The notes beneath the pieces were generated by a model. That model had not been told where the DNA came from, searched no databases, and saw only the letters and a program-made list of their open reading frames with translations. Below are positions 20,393 to 30,523 of a DNA stretch of 64,000 nt, one piece after another. Each line of letters starts with the position of its first letter. The stretch's first letter is position 1. The stretch comes from Escherichia phage phiWec187: sequence record LC739536.1. One strand, written 5' to 3'. Both the position numbers and the translations under genes were made by a program.

Positions 20393-20785
20393 TTAATTGT
20401 CAGCACTTAGTTGTACTTTAATAAGGCAATTAGGGACACCATTGGTATTTCTCAAGCCTACACGGTCAATTTTAACTGTCCCTGTTAAGCCACTAAAAGT
20501 GGAAACAATGTTATTAATGTTTTCATCCTTACTAGCGATATCAAGAACAACTTTATCACTAACATTTTTCAGCATACGATCTACAAGCTCTCCCACAAAA
20601 CCACCGGTAGTTTGAATGAGAAGGTATAGGCAACCATCCTCAAACCACAAATGTTCACCATAAGCATAACCGTATGGTTCTAACTCCGATCCATCTTGAA
20701 ATTTAAACTTAGCAACAGTTTTCGTATAATCATACCCTAACGCAGAAGGGGATACCCCATAGAGGATATTTTCGTTGTCTTTCAT
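20393..20785 (-). CDS. hypothetical protein
   Basis: Start set at the internal ATG (20785) preceded by AAGGAGA; the longer listed ORF would overlap the primase gene. Confidence 0.5.
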   Translation of the reverse strand: MKDNENILYGVSPSALGYDYTKTVAKFKFQDGSELEPYGYAYGEHLWFEDGCLYLLIQTTGGFVGELVDRMLKNVSDKVVLDIASKDENINNIVSTFSGLTGTVKIDRVGLRNTNGVPNCLIKVQLSADN

Positions 20786-20795
20786 ATTTCTCTCC

Positions 20796-22568
20796 TTAAT
20801 AAAAACCATCAGGAATATTCTCTGGGTTACTTGTGTATTGATCGTAATCGTGAAGTGTAGCTGTTTTAATCTCATAGAAGAAACTACCTGCTGCACCAGT
20901 CTCTGAGAACTCACGGTTCTTTAGAATGTAGCAATATGTGCGGTTACGTTCCATAGGATCTTCAGCTTGTTTATCACGCTCCAGCGCAATTGTGATACCA
21001 GCACCTTTAGCAAGGAAGCTACTACCCATTGCATCATCTTCTACAATATGTTCATTACTATTGTTAGAAGACTTTTTAACGTGTGAAATTACAACAATGG
21101 TAATTGCGTACTCTTTCATAATGCGTTTGAGCCACGTCGCAAGTTCCTCTTGTTGTGACACGTCCATACCAGAAAGCAAGTCAGAATAAGGGTCGATAAC
21201 AAGAATGGTTACTCCGAAATAAATAATCATTTCCAGAACCTTCTCTTTAATCACATCTACGTTAGCCCCACGATCATCACAAACATAGAAACGTGGTGTT
21301 CCATCTTCTCGTTCGTAAAAATCACGAATCTTTTCTTCATTATCTTTTAAAATCTTTTCCTTCTCTTCTTTTGTTTTACGGTGAAGAGGGATGTGCAAGA
21401 ATGAAGACAGTAAGTTACGAGAATACTTCTTATACGTTGCCTCCAAAGATAAAATACCAAGAGTATGTTCTGGGTGTGCAAGAATAATGTGCTTCGTAAT
21501 CTCGTTAACCAACAGTGTTTTACCGATACTTGTTTTTGCAAGTATAACAGTAATTTCTTCTTCTACCAAGCCTCCACCTAACATATTAGAAGCAACACGC
21601 ATGAATGGAGGAAGGGTGATCATTTTAGCTTCCAGGCATTCCAAGGCTGCTTCATACAGTACGTTAGAAGCATAAACACCAGCAGGTGTGTACAGTTTAG
21701 CTTTGAAAAAGCGATCAAGAAAGTGATCAATTTTTCCTTCTACTAGTGCCTGGTTAGGATCTTTAACATCCGTTAGTTCCATCACGTAAACTTTATTACG
21801 TGGTAAGATTTTAACACATTTCTCAACTGCTGCACGTCCAGCTTCATCATTATCCATACACAGAACAATCTTTTTAAATTGATCTAAGAATTTATAACGA
21901 TGTTGAAGCTGCTTATGCAGAGATGTTTCGCCACAAGTGCCAGATACTACAGCAGGAACAGGATATTTACCGCCCTTGTTATAATCTTTTAGCATCTGTG
22001 TTGCAGCCAGCATATCGTGTTCACCACCAACGATTAGAATAGTACCGCTGTGGTTACGATATTTAAACTCACCAAAAAGATCACAATCCTTTCCTGTTTC
22101 ACCGATAGGATGCGAAAAATCTTTTGGATCAATACGTTGTTTATACCCAGCAATATTGTAATCTTTAGTTGTAGGGTATAGTGTTGAAATTACTTCGCCA
22201 GTAGCTTCATCGTACATATAGCGTACACCGAAAGGTTTAGAGATATCTTCACGAATACCGCGATAACCTTTTGGATTAGTTCCAGTGCTGGCTTTTAGTT
22301 TATCATGTACTTCTGGATTAAACTCACTACCCAAGATATCCTCCTCTTCAATTTCTTCGCCGTGTGCATTTAACCATTTTTGATCAGGGATAGTAAAGCC
22401 ACAAGAAAAACAATGTGCTCCTCGATGGTCTTCATCGGCATCTAAGCCATATACCATCAAATTGTTTTGTGATCGATCACGCCCTCCTTTCATACAACGA
22501 GGACACCCAGTATGTCCTTCTTGACTTAAATCAATGTTATACCCATATTTATTTACAACATAAGACAC
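20796..22568 (-). CDS. bifunctional DNA primase-helicase (T7 gp4-like)
   Basis: N-terminal Cys4 zinc ribbon (CPRCMKGG...HCFSCGF), central TOPRIM-like region, C-terminal Walker A (AKTSIGKT) helicase domain. Confidence 0.8.
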   Translation of the reverse strand: MSYVVNKYGYNIDLSQEGHTGCPRCMKGGRDRSQNNLMVYGLDADEDHRGAHCFSCGFTIPDQKWLNAHGEEIEEEDILGSEFNPEVHDKLKASTGTNPKGYRGIREDISKPFGVRYMYDEATGEVISTLYPTTKDYNIAGYKQRIDPKDFSHPIGETGKDCDLFGEFKYRNHSGTILIVGGEHDMLAATQMLKDYNKGGKYPVPAVVSGTCGETSLHKQLQHRYKFLDQFKKIVLCMDNDEAGRAAVEKCVKILPRNKVYVMELTDVKDPNQALVEGKIDHFLDRFFKAKLYTPAGVYASNVLYEAALECLEAKMITLPPFMRVASNMLGGGLVEEEITVILAKTSIGKTLLVNEITKHIILAHPEHTLGILSLEATYKKYSRNLLSSFLHIPLHRKTKEEKEKILKDNEEKIRDFYEREDGTPRFYVCDDRGANVDVIKEKVLEMIIYFGVTILVIDPYSDLLSGMDVSQQEELATWLKRIMKEYAITIVVISHVKKSSNNSNEHIVEDDAMGSSFLAKGAGITIALERDKQAEDPMERNRTYCYILKNREFSETGAAGSFFYEIKTATLHDYDQYTSNPENIPDGFY

Positions 22569-22580
22569 ATGATTCTCCTA

Positions 22581-22850
22581 CTAAAATGATTCGTTTGTCT
22601 CCATAATATATTGCATTTCCAAATCTTCCATATGTTTCTTAAATTGGTAAACAATTTCCGATGGGGAAATATCTATATCAAAAAGTTCTTTTGTACCAGA
22701 ATAAAACCTAATACCGTCAACAATAAGGCCACCATAATAATCCCAATCACTTTCTCGTGAGAAAGGATTAGGTTCTTCATAATAGTAATCTACTTCAACA
22801 ATAATAGGTTCTTTATTATCTTGTTTATACTCAAAATCAAAAGTGTTCAT
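22581..22850 (-). CDS. hypothetical protein
   Basis: 89-aa acidic ORF. Confidence 0.35.
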   Translation of the reverse strand: MNTFDFEYKQDNKEPIIVEVDYYYEEPNPFSRESDWDYYGGLIVDGIRFYSGTKELFDIDISPSEIVYQFKKHMEDLEMQYIMETNESF

Positions 22851-23794
22851 TATAAATCCTCGATAAGCAGTCTGCGGGTTTCATTTAAATCATCAATATT
22901 GTAGTTATCTCTTACATACTTAGCAAGAGCCAATCCTTTCTCAATACAAACATCAGGAGATTCGATTAAGTATTCTACAATATCTTTCCACTCTTTAACT
23001 GAATCAGCAAAGAAGATTAGATCTTTAAATTCTTCAGTATAATAGTTCTCTCGTGGTGAACAAACGAGTGGCAAACCTTTAGCACCAGCTTCAAGAATTT
23101 TTAAATTACTTTTGGCATTATTAAAATGATTATTTACTAACGGAGCTATGGAGATTTGATGACCATCGTATGCTTCCATATAACACTCATAAGGACGAAT
23201 ACCTTCATAAACACAATCTGGTTGAATATCTTCTTTAATTTGCAACCATTGAGCACTACTTAACTCTTCGTGATCTCTACGAAATCCACATAAAGTTAAA
23301 TCTTTACCAAAAGCAGGAAGAATTGCTAAATCATGTTTATGGGTTTCACTTCCCGCCCAAACCAGTGGGCTTTTAGAATAACGATCTTTAGTAAGAACAA
23401 ACTGCCCTTCATCAAAAGGTAGTCCGTTAGGCACAATATGTACATTATCATTGTATTGGCTTAATTCGACCTTTAATGCTGGAGTTGTTGTAGTTACAAG
23501 ATCGCTTCTTTCAAGGAACCATTTTAGGTCATCTCGGATTTGATTTTCAAATAATCCTTCCAGCATATGCCCTTCAGGAATAATTAAAGAATCATCCAGA
23601 TCCATTACCAATTTAAACCCAAGTTGTTTAAGAGCCAGGAAACCTGGCTTTCCACGTGTTGGTACTCCATTGAACACAAAAATATTATGCTTAGGATTAA
23701 TGGTCAGTTTGCGTTTATATGGCAAAATGATTCTATGAAAATCACATACACTATACTTTTCATTTCCGCGTGTGTCAAGAATAATATTAGGCAT
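22850..23794 (-). CDS. glycosyltransferase (GT-B/GT1-like), paralog A
   Basis: C-terminal KSNLKILEAGAKGLPLVCSP resembles the GT1/GT4 sugar-donor binding region; paralogous to the adjacent gene. Confidence 0.5.
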   Translation of the reverse strand: MPNIILDTRGNEKYSVCDFHRIILPYKRKLTINPKHNIFVFNGVPTRGKPGFLALKQLGFKLVMDLDDSLIIPEGHMLEGLFENQIRDDLKWFLERSDLVTTTTPALKVELSQYNDNVHIVPNGLPFDEGQFVLTKDRYSKSPLVWAGSETHKHDLAILPAFGKDLTLCGFRRDHEELSSAQWLQIKEDIQPDCVYEGIRPYECYMEAYDGHQISIAPLVNNHFNNAKSNLKILEAGAKGLPLVCSPRENYYTEEFKDLIFFADSVKEWKDIVEYLIESPDVCIEKGLALAKYVRDNYNIDDLNETRRLLIEDL

Positions 23795-23805
23795 ATAACT
23801 CCTTG

Positions 23806-24780
23806 TTAAAGACTTTCAATAACTTGACGACGCAGTTCATTGGCATCTGCAAGATTATAATTAAGACGAACGTGTTCTGCAAGCATCATACCACGATCTT
23901 CTGTGTATCTAGGGTTCCTCATTAGCTTGACAACTTCATAATGCCAAGATGCTTTAGAGTCTGCATAGATAACAGCCTTTGCATCTACCGGATTGAAGTA
24001 CGGCAGCACAGGAGAACAGATAATAGGAAGACCCTTTGCACCTGCTTCCAAAATCTTCAAATTGCTTTTACAGTTGTTGAAGTCATTATCTACCAGAGGA
24101 GCAATTGCAATACTGTGACCGTCATACACAGACATATACTCACCTAAATTTTTAATAGCTGGTTTATACTGTGCATTTGGAATTTTACGTTTTACTTTAA
24201 CCCACTCCGCAGTAGTTAGATACTGACTATTATTTCCAACAGGTGCAGAAGGATACACTTCATACCCTGCAATTGTCAATAGCGTATCATCAAATGTATT
24301 AGCTACAAGAGATAAATCAGGTTCATGGCTTGCTCCTCCCGCCCAAATAATAGGCGTGTCAGAATAACGGTCTTTTGTCAAAGTAAATTGACCTTCGTCG
24401 TAAGGTAGTGCGTTTCTAATAACGACAACATTACGATTTAAATGACGAATTTTGTAAGCTAGGTATTCTGTTGTTACAGTAACCACATCTGCTAACTTAA
24501 TCATCTCTACAATAGTCTTTGAGTGATTAGTAAATACGCCAGCCATATAATGTTCAGGATTAAGCGAATAAAAATCATCTAAATCAACAATAATCTTAAC
24601 ACCTTGTGCCTTCAGGCGTTTAACCTCGTCTGATCCACGAGAATACACTCTATTAAAAACTAAAACGTCTTTCTTAGGTTTAAACGTATTTCCAGCAAAT
24701 GGCATTACAATACGATGGTAATCACAACCACTGCCTAACTTATTATCACACTTAAGTACAGGAGTATTAGGATTTACCAT
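23806..24780 (-). CDS. glycosyltransferase (GT-B/GT1-like), paralog B
   Basis: KSNLKILEAGAKGLPIICSP and shared DLDD/IAPLV blocks with paralog A; start set at ATG 24780 after AGGAGG. Confidence 0.5.
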   Translation of the reverse strand: MVNPNTPVLKCDNKLGSGCDYHRIVMPFAGNTFKPKKDVLVFNRVYSRGSDEVKRLKAQGVKIIVDLDDFYSLNPEHYMAGVFTNHSKTIVEMIKLADVVTVTTEYLAYKIRHLNRNVVVIRNALPYDEGQFTLTKDRYSDTPIIWAGGASHEPDLSLVANTFDDTLLTIAGYEVYPSAPVGNNSQYLTTAEWVKVKRKIPNAQYKPAIKNLGEYMSVYDGHSIAIAPLVDNDFNNCKSNLKILEAGAKGLPIICSPVLPYFNPVDAKAVIYADSKASWHYEVVKLMRNPRYTEDRGMMLAEHVRLNYNLADANELRRQVIESL

Positions 24781-25453
24781 ATTTTTGAGCCTCCTCATAA
24801 GAGATAAAAGTTTTACCATTGCGAAGATCCTCCAGTGATTGTTTATATTGTTCCCAGTTTACACCAATCCCCTGTTCTTTCTCTTCTTTTGACAGATTTG
24901 CAAAAGGTAAAGGATTGTCTCCAAACACATCGTCAGGATGGATAAACGCCATAATTCGAATAGGACATGGTACGCCGTGAATACCTCGGTTCAAACCTGC
25001 AAGTGGAACGCGCTGAATCCACTCTGCATCTTCATATCCATAACCGTGGGTGTATGAGCGGAAATAGCCAGCTTTCTCAATAACTGCACGGGAATACATA
25101 CCAAACTGGCACATGCCTAGCTCCCAAATAACTACTTCTCCTTCAATACCTTTTACTTTATCTTTAAAGTATTCAGGCATACCAAAGAAATCCCAACCAT
25201 TTTCCTTCGCCTGTTTTACAAAATATGTTTCCCAACCTGGAACAACAGGATAACAATCATCATCAAAAATAAACCAGTAGTCATACCCTTCATCATAAAA
25301 CTTTTTCATCAGTTCATTACGGGCATATGCAACACCTTTTCGTTCACGATCATACTGTACAACAAAAGTAGCATTAGGATCAGTTACAAGATAATCTTTA
25401 AGAGGACGCTTACCTACAGTAATAACACCAACACCAATTTTTGTATTTTCCAA
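24767..25453 (-). CDS. glycosyltransferase (GT-A/GT2-like)
   Basis: WFIFDDD (DxD-type) and GYGYEDAEW motifs typical of GT-A fold transferases. Confidence 0.55.
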   Translation of the reverse strand: MENTKIGVGVITVGKRPLKDYLVTDPNATFVVQYDRERKGVAYARNELMKKFYDEGYDYWFIFDDDCYPVVPGWETYFVKQAKENGWDFFGMPEYFKDKVKGIEGEVVIWELGMCQFGMYSRAVIEKAGYFRSYTHGYGYEDAEWIQRVPLAGLNRGIHGVPCPIRIMAFIHPDDVFGDNPLPFANLSKEEKEQGIGVNWEQYKQSLEDLRNGKTFISYEEAQKYGKS

Positions 25454-25462
25454 AATAACTCC

Positions 25463-26026
25463 TTAAATAATTTTATTCATGTCTTGACAATGTAAAAGGT
25501 GTGAAACAGCTTTTCTAGGATCATCATTACCTAAACGGTATGTGTGAAATAAATATAACCCACGTAGTAAACCTAGCCTTTTATTGTTAGCGTGCAATGC
25601 TTTAGAGAAAATTATATCAAACTGTATTGATCTTTCCTCAAAAGGAATTTCATTCCACAGACTCTTACGAAAGAGAAGAAAGAATCCTGCTAAGATAGCA
25701 TCTGTAGGTACTTCCTCTATTGAGTTTCCCCATTCTAGATGTGCTCTTTTTGCAATCTCAATGTGGTGTAATATATTCGGATCTTCACTTCTTTCATTAT
25801 TAAATAATTGATATGTTGATCCCAATCTGTTACAAGATGCACCAAGAACATCAAAATCAGGATTTGAACGGACAATTGATTCCAGCCAAGCAGGTTGTTC
25901 TGGAAGAAGAAACATTGTATCAATGTCTCTTAGGCAAATCCAACTATCTTCTGGTAAGACACTTATTGTGTCATTGATACCTTTTCCAATATCTCCAGAA
26001 AGATAGGGAGTTATGTGAAATATCAT
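25463..26026 (-). CDS. hypothetical protein, possible GT-A-like transferase
   Basis: 187 aa; CLRDIDTMFL could be a DxD-type motif; weak. Confidence 0.3.
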   Translation of the reverse strand: MIFHITPYLSGDIGKGINDTISVLPEDSWICLRDIDTMFLLPEQPAWLESIVRSNPDFDVLGASCNRLGSTYQLFNNERSEDPNILHHIEIAKRAHLEWGNSIEEVPTDAILAGFFLLFRKSLWNEIPFEERSIQFDIIFSKALHANNKRLGLLRGLYLFHTYRLGNDDPRKAVSHLLHCQDMNKII

Positions 26027-26083
26027 ACTCCCTCCGTATTATTACTTTAGCATTTTTAGACTAAAAAGTCCAAATGGTTTTAC

Positions 26084-26278
26084 CTATTGATTACGTTTTG
26101 CGAGTTCCATTTGGATAGCTAAACTGTGATCTCGTGCTTCCATATACTCTTTATATGTTTCATTAAGATGATCACGACAAACATCACGCAGTTTAATCAG
26201 TTTATCTGTAGGGATACCACTAAGATCATCCCAAGATTTTACAACTTCACCAGTATCATTGATCCCAATGGTTTTCAT
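26084..26278 (-). CDS. hypothetical small protein
   Basis: 64-aa ORF. Confidence 0.3.
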   Translation of the reverse strand: MKTIGINDTGEVVKSWDDLSGIPTDKLIKLRDVCRDHLNETYKEYMEARDHSLAIQMELAKRNQ

Positions 26279-26486
26279 CTACAACCTCCTTAATTGCTAC
26301 AGCACAGTTTTTGCAGATACACTGCCCTTTACCTTTAGAAATCTGGATGTAAGGTTCATTTTCATTTTCGCCCTTACGTGAGTCATATATTACAGAATTG
26401 AAGCACACAACGCAAATATTTTTTAAGATTGTATACTTATCAACTTTCTTTTTTGTTTTAAAGTTAACTTCAATAACATCAGCCAT
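26256..26486 (-). CDS. hypothetical small Cys-containing protein
   Basis: CVVCFN...CICKNC pattern; start moved to the internal Met to avoid overlap. Confidence 0.3.
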   Translation of the reverse strand: MADVIEVNFKTKKKVDKYTILKNICVVCFNSVIYDSRKGENENEPYIQISKGKGQCICKNCAVAIKEVVDENHWDQ

Positions 26487-26764
26487 CAGTGTAACACTCC
26501 CAGTATGTTGCTTTGTGACATAACCATAGAACATTCAACATTATCGTGACTACGTGAAAAACGTTCCCAAACATCTTCATCGACTCGTAAAGCTATACAA
26601 GGATAGACGTTATCATTGATCATTTCAATTGAATAAACATCCACATTGTCTTCGTCTTCGATGAACATCATTGCAAACTGTTCTAAATGTTTCCTAATGT
26701 AATGTACATCCTCTTCTGTAAGACCAATAACAAGATAACTTGCAACGATAACGCCATCTTTCAT
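26486..26764 (-). CDS. hypothetical protein
   Basis: 92-aa ORF. Confidence 0.35.
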   Translation of the reverse strand: MKDGVIVASYLVIGLTEEDVHYIRKHLEQFAMMFIEDEDNVDVYSIEMINDNVYPCIALRVDEDVWERFSRSHDNVECSMVMSQSNILGVLH

Positions 26765-26774
26765 CTATATCTCC

Positions 26775-27284
26775 TTAGCGATAGAATTGATGTTCTTTGT
26801 AGCGGTACACTAGAACCATATCTTTTTCCCAGTGTGCTCTTATTGTAGATTTTTTAAAGTATAATGCTCCTTTTGTAATATCTAATGCAATTCGTAATTC
26901 TGGAAAATGCGTATCGAGATAAAGTAGACGTTCTGCTATAGCCTTAGCTTCCTTCCACTTATCACGTTCCATAACGTTGAATGTCTTTGTGTAAGAGAAT
27001 TGTCCTTTTTGAAACAAAACTTCTTTTATAGTATCAGGGAAATATGAATCTCTAGCCCTATTCAATACTACATTACCAACAGCAGACATACCGCGCTTTC
27101 CTTGATTACGACTTTCTGCATAGATTGCACAAGCTAATAGATTTTCTTTACTATCACGCTTTGTACACTTGTGAACTACTTTAGCAGTTTTTACGTTTGC
27201 AGCTTCGGCTTGCGCCACAACAGGTGTAAATGTAAAAGCAGTTAAGGATAGTAACGCAATTGCGACAAAGGTTTTTATTGACAA
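26775..27284 (-). CDS. secreted cell-wall hydrolase (SleB/CwlJ-like)
   Basis: N-terminal signal peptide (MSIKTFVAIALLSLTAFTFTPVVAQA); AIYAESRNQGKRGMSAVGNVVLNRARDSYFPDTIKEVLFQKGQFS matches the SleB-type hydrolase core. Confidence 0.55.
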   Translation of the reverse strand: MSIKTFVAIALLSLTAFTFTPVVAQAEAANVKTAKVVHKCTKRDSKENLLACAIYAESRNQGKRGMSAVGNVVLNRARDSYFPDTIKEVLFQKGQFSYTKTFNVMERDKWKEAKAIAERLLYLDTHFPELRIALDITKGALYFKKSTIRAHWEKDMVLVYRYKEHQFYR

Positions 27285-27377
27285 ACTTGCCTCCTATTTT
27301 GTTAAACGAACTTTTATTGTAACACAGAAGAGGCTGTTTTGCAAGTGGAGGGGGGATTATCCCCCTCTTACACTCTG

Positions 27378-27980
27378 TTAGATATTGTAAACCTTCGTAT
27401 GAGTTACTACACCATCTTCTACAAAATCAATACGTTCTTGATCCGTAACTAGTGCAGACAACACTTTAAATTTAATTTTTACACGTTCAAAAGCTGGTTG
27501 ACCATCTTTAAGATAATTATGTTCGGTTGTCACTGTCTTGTTTACAAAATCAACTTTCGCTTTACCGTTTTCGCGTAGGTGGAATGTTTTTCCTGCTTTG
27601 TACACAATTTCAACATTACCTTCGAGAATAATTCCTTCAAAAAGTTCACCCTCTTCTTCATTTTCTTCACTTTTGAACAGACGACGAAACTCTTCCATAT
27701 CAAGATAAACAACATCTTCAGAATAACTATCAGTAAGGTATGTCTTACCATCCATTAACCCGAAATATTGCCAGATCGCAGAATAAACATCACTAGTTGA
27801 TCCAAGGGTTTCTCTGAGTTTAGTTCCACGGATTACTTCATAAACTTCAAAATTGAAACCAGACTGCAAAGCATCAAACAGTACATCACTAACTTCTACA
27901 GCATAATCTTGATTGTTGTCAACATCCACAAGAAAATTGCCGCTACGAATAAGTTTTTGACCTTCTAAAGTAATACCCAT
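27378..27980 (-). CDS. hypothetical protein
   Basis: 200-aa ORF adjacent to TerD. Confidence 0.4.
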   Translation of the reverse strand: MGITLEGQKLIRSGNFLVDVDNNQDYAVEVSDVLFDALQSGFNFEVYEVIRGTKLRETLGSTSDVYSAIWQYFGLMDGKTYLTDSYSEDVVYLDMEEFRRLFKSEENEEEGELFEGIILEGNVEIVYKAGKTFHLRENGKAKVDFVNKTVTTEHNYLKDGQPAFERVKIKFKVLSALVTDQERIDFVEDGVVTHTKVYNI

Positions 27981-27999
27981 TGTTTTCTCCTCTTTTATT

Positions 28000-28024
28000 T
28001 AAAATATGCGCCCCGAAGGGCGCT
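28000..28024 (-). terminator. rho-independent terminator after the TerD gene
   Basis: gcgccc-cgaa-gggcgc hairpin followed by a U-run on the minus strand. Confidence 0.55.
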
Positions 28025-28032
28025 ATGATTTA

Positions 28033-28629
28033 TTACTCGAACCAATCGTCGCCAGCGCCAAACGCTTTAACTACATCGTAAATGTCAAGCCCAGCTTTAC
28101 CCACACCATACGCTTTCAGTTTCCATTCGCTATCTTCTCGCACCAGGGAGGCAACGTGGCAAATGGTGTTACCTGCAAGTTCTGGAGCCAAGAAGTCAAA
28201 GTCCAGCAGTTCAACATTACGTTCATCATCGAAGATTTTAAGGAAACCTTCGGTAGCGTGACCAAGGCGTTTCTTACCCGTTTCGTCATCAATAGTAATT
28301 ACGAATGCAATTTCCTGTGCTTCAGCAGAGATATTATCCAGTGTAACATCAATCTGCTCCATCTGTCCTACACCATCACGAACATCTTCACCTGCAAAAG
28401 TAGAACGTTCAGGATCAAATTTCTGCGCGTAGCACACCAGGTGACGAGGAGACAACAGTTCCGGCAGACCAGATGCATTGTGTCGGCAAATCAGAGCACT
28501 AACATCCAGATCCAGTTTTTCGTTAGATTTCCAAGAGAATTCCAGACGAATGCGTTTCAGTGCTGGTGCAATCTTTTTCAGAGAAACTTTTTCGCTAGAA
28601 CCTTTTTTCAGGGAAATTTTCTGAGTCAT
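28033..28629 (-). CDS. terD: TerD-family protein
   Basis: Aligns by eye along its length to TerD: SLKKGSSEKVSLKK, LDLDVSALIC, IAFVITIDD, SEWKLKAYGVGKAG against SLSKGGNVSLSK, FDLDASAFLL, IIFVVTIHD, GEWKFRAVGQGYAG. Confidence 0.8.
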   Translation of the reverse strand: MTQKISLKKGSSEKVSLKKIAPALKRIRLEFSWKSNEKLDLDVSALICRHNASGLPELLSPRHLVCYAQKFDPERSTFAGEDVRDGVGQMEQIDVTLDNISAEAQEIAFVITIDDETGKKRLGHATEGFLKIFDDERNVELLDFDFLAPELAGNTICHVASLVREDSEWKLKAYGVGKAGLDIYDVVKAFGAGDDWFE

Positions 28630-28701
28630 AATTTATTATCTCCTTTGTTGTTAATTTACGTTGTCTATTTTACTAATCTTTTCTACAAAGTCAAGCGTTT
28701 T

Positions 28702-29496
28702 TTACGCTTTTGCTCCAAATTTTTTAACCCACTCACCAAACTCTTCGGATAGCAGTTTATCGTAAAGTTCTTCGTCAGACAAGGACAAATCTGCAATACC
28801 GATAAAATCAACATTATCGTATTCTTTTGCCAAGTCTTTCAGGAATTTAAAGTTTGCATTACCTACACCAACCATAAACCAGTAAACAGGCGTATTGCGG
28901 TGTTTGTTCAGTAAGCTACGTACTGCTGAAGTATCCATGTTCTCCCCGTCAGTTTGGAAGAAAATCATTGCAGGAGTACGATCAACTTGTGCATCAGTAT
29001 CTACAACCTGTTCTACAACAGTACGTGTTACTTCTACAAGTTCTTTTTTACCAGTTAGTTTAGCAAGGAAACCTTTAGCCGGAACTTCTTCATACTCAAC
29101 GACTTCGCGTGTAATATTTTTCATAGGTACACTACCGAAGTATGTATCATAGATCTCTTGCATTACTGGAGCATAAGCAGTACCACCGTTGATGCAAACA
29201 TTAGACATGCAAGAGCCGACATAATCATCATACACATCAGCCGTTGCAGGAGGCAGTTCAAAAGAAGAACTATTGAAAGCCCACATGTCAATCTGTGCAT
29301 TATCATCAAACTTCATACCAAACGGCAGTAGCTTACCTACAAAATCACTGACAGTGCCATCACGATATAGCTCACACATACTACCCGAAATATCTAAGGC
29401 GCTACCGACACGAAGAACAACATCGTTAATCTTTTTCTTACGCAGAGATACAGTAAGAGTCTCTTGACGTTTTTTAAGACTGATTTTATTGGACAT
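28702..29496 (-). CDS. vWA-domain protein (TerY-like)
   Basis: MIDAS motif DISGSM plus downstream FFQTDGENMD (TDG motif); N-terminal ISLKK..LTVSLRKK resembles the TerD N-terminus. Confidence 0.6.
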   Translation of the reverse strand: MSNKISLKKRQETLTVSLRKKKINDVVLRVGSALDISGSMCELYRDGTVSDFVGKLLPFGMKFDDNAQIDMWAFNSSSFELPPATADVYDDYVGSCMSNVCINGGTAYAPVMQEIYDTYFGSVPMKNITREVVEYEEVPAKGFLAKLTGKKELVEVTRTVVEQVVDTDAQVDRTPAMIFFQTDGENMDTSAVRSLLNKHRNTPVYWFMVGVGNANFKFLKDLAKEYDNVDFIGIADLSLSDEELYDKLLSEEFGEWVKKFGAKA

Positions 29497-29497
29497 A

Positions 29498-29767
29498 TTA
29501 TTTCTCCTTTTTGACTGTAATGTTAGTAACTTCTAAATCCACTTCTACCACTTCTATATCATATAAAATACAGTTAAGTTGACCTCTTTGTGAACCGTTC
29601 AGACACATTGCTTGGTTTGTATTAACCTTAATAAACACTAAGTTTCTGAACGTATCTAAACCAGCATCTTGATAGGCAAAATAATATACAAATGTATCAC
29701 CTGCGTCAAGTTCTCCAAAACATTTAGGTTCATATGATTCGTCGTCTTTGATATTAAATTTAAGCAC
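29498..29767 (-). CDS. hypothetical protein
   Basis: 89-aa ORF. Confidence 0.35.
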   Translation of the reverse strand: MLKFNIKDDESYEPKCFGELDAGDTFVYYFAYQDAGLDTFRNLVFIKVNTNQAMCLNGSQRGQLNCILYDIEVVEVDLEVTNITVKKEK

Positions 29768-30323
29768 TATCTTCTCCTTTACCTACTTTCAAGCCTAAAT
29801 AGAAAGCCTCTCTAGTGATTTTTTGCAACTCGTTTAAAGAGATAGTTACAACTAAATCATCTTCAATTTCTAGCTTTGAGTCTTCTTCTGTCTCAATGCA
29901 AGTATTATGCACTTTGTGGTAAGGATTGTCAACACGTTTAAATTTATTATTTTCAGTGCTGAAGAAGCAATCTGGATCTTCTTCCACATCACCCCAACCC
30001 TGGTTAGGATCTTCTTCAGATCTTTCTGTTGGGATCTCACCTGTAAAGTGCTCTTCTAATACCAGAGCAATCCCATCTCCAGGATCGGAAGAGAACATCA
30101 AATTACAAACTTCTTCCCAAGGCATAGACCACTTAAATCTTTTACGATTGCCATGTTTATCTTCTTCGTTAGAGAAAACACTACCATAGCTATCATAATT
30201 CCCATACATCTCTTCGACAACCTTACCACCTTTCAAAAGAAATAGGTAGCAAGGAGAGCCATCGAAAGAGGTAGAAAGAGCAGCATTACCAGACTCTTTG
30301 CACAAGAAACTAAAACACCCCAT
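29760..30323 (-). CDS. hypothetical acidic protein
   Basis: 187-aa ORF. Confidence 0.35.
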   Translation of the reverse strand: MGCFSFLCKESGNAALSTSFDGSPCYLFLLKGGKVVEEMYGNYDSYGSVFSNEEDKHGNRKRFKWSMPWEEVCNLMFSSDPGDGIALVLEEHFTGEIPTERSEEDPNQGWGDVEEDPDCFFSTENNKFKRVDNPYHKVHNTCIETEEDSKLEIEDDLVVTISLNELQKITREAFYLGLKVGKGEDSA

Positions 30324-30523
30324 TATACACCAGCCTTAAGATCAATTAAAGCCAAAGTTGTTTCAGAGTGTGTTTGCTCGTCTACAGGTGCAGTCATATG
30401 ATAATACAAAAAATCTTCGGCATCATACCAATCTGATTCTTGACCTTGTTTCCAACCATCAATGAAAGCATCTTCCATAATGGTTTGCAATTCTTCACGA
30501 GTTAAGTGAATATCTTTACTCAT
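30323..30523 (-). CDS. hypothetical small protein
   Basis: 66-aa ORF, translationally coupled. Confidence 0.3.
   Translation of the reverse strand: MSKDIHLTREELQTIMEDAFIDGWKQGQESDWYDAEDFLYYHMTAPVDEQTHSETTLALIDLKAGV

Noticed and set aside
20393-20914. Long N-terminal extension of the ORF downstream of the primase gene
   Set aside because: The extension overlaps the primase-helicase 3' end in another frame; an internal ATG at 20785 with AAGGAGA upstream is the more plausible start.
27348-27367. GC hairpin gaggggg-gattat-ccccctc as a terminator
   Set aside because: No adjacent U-run on either strand; noted only as an intergenic hairpin.
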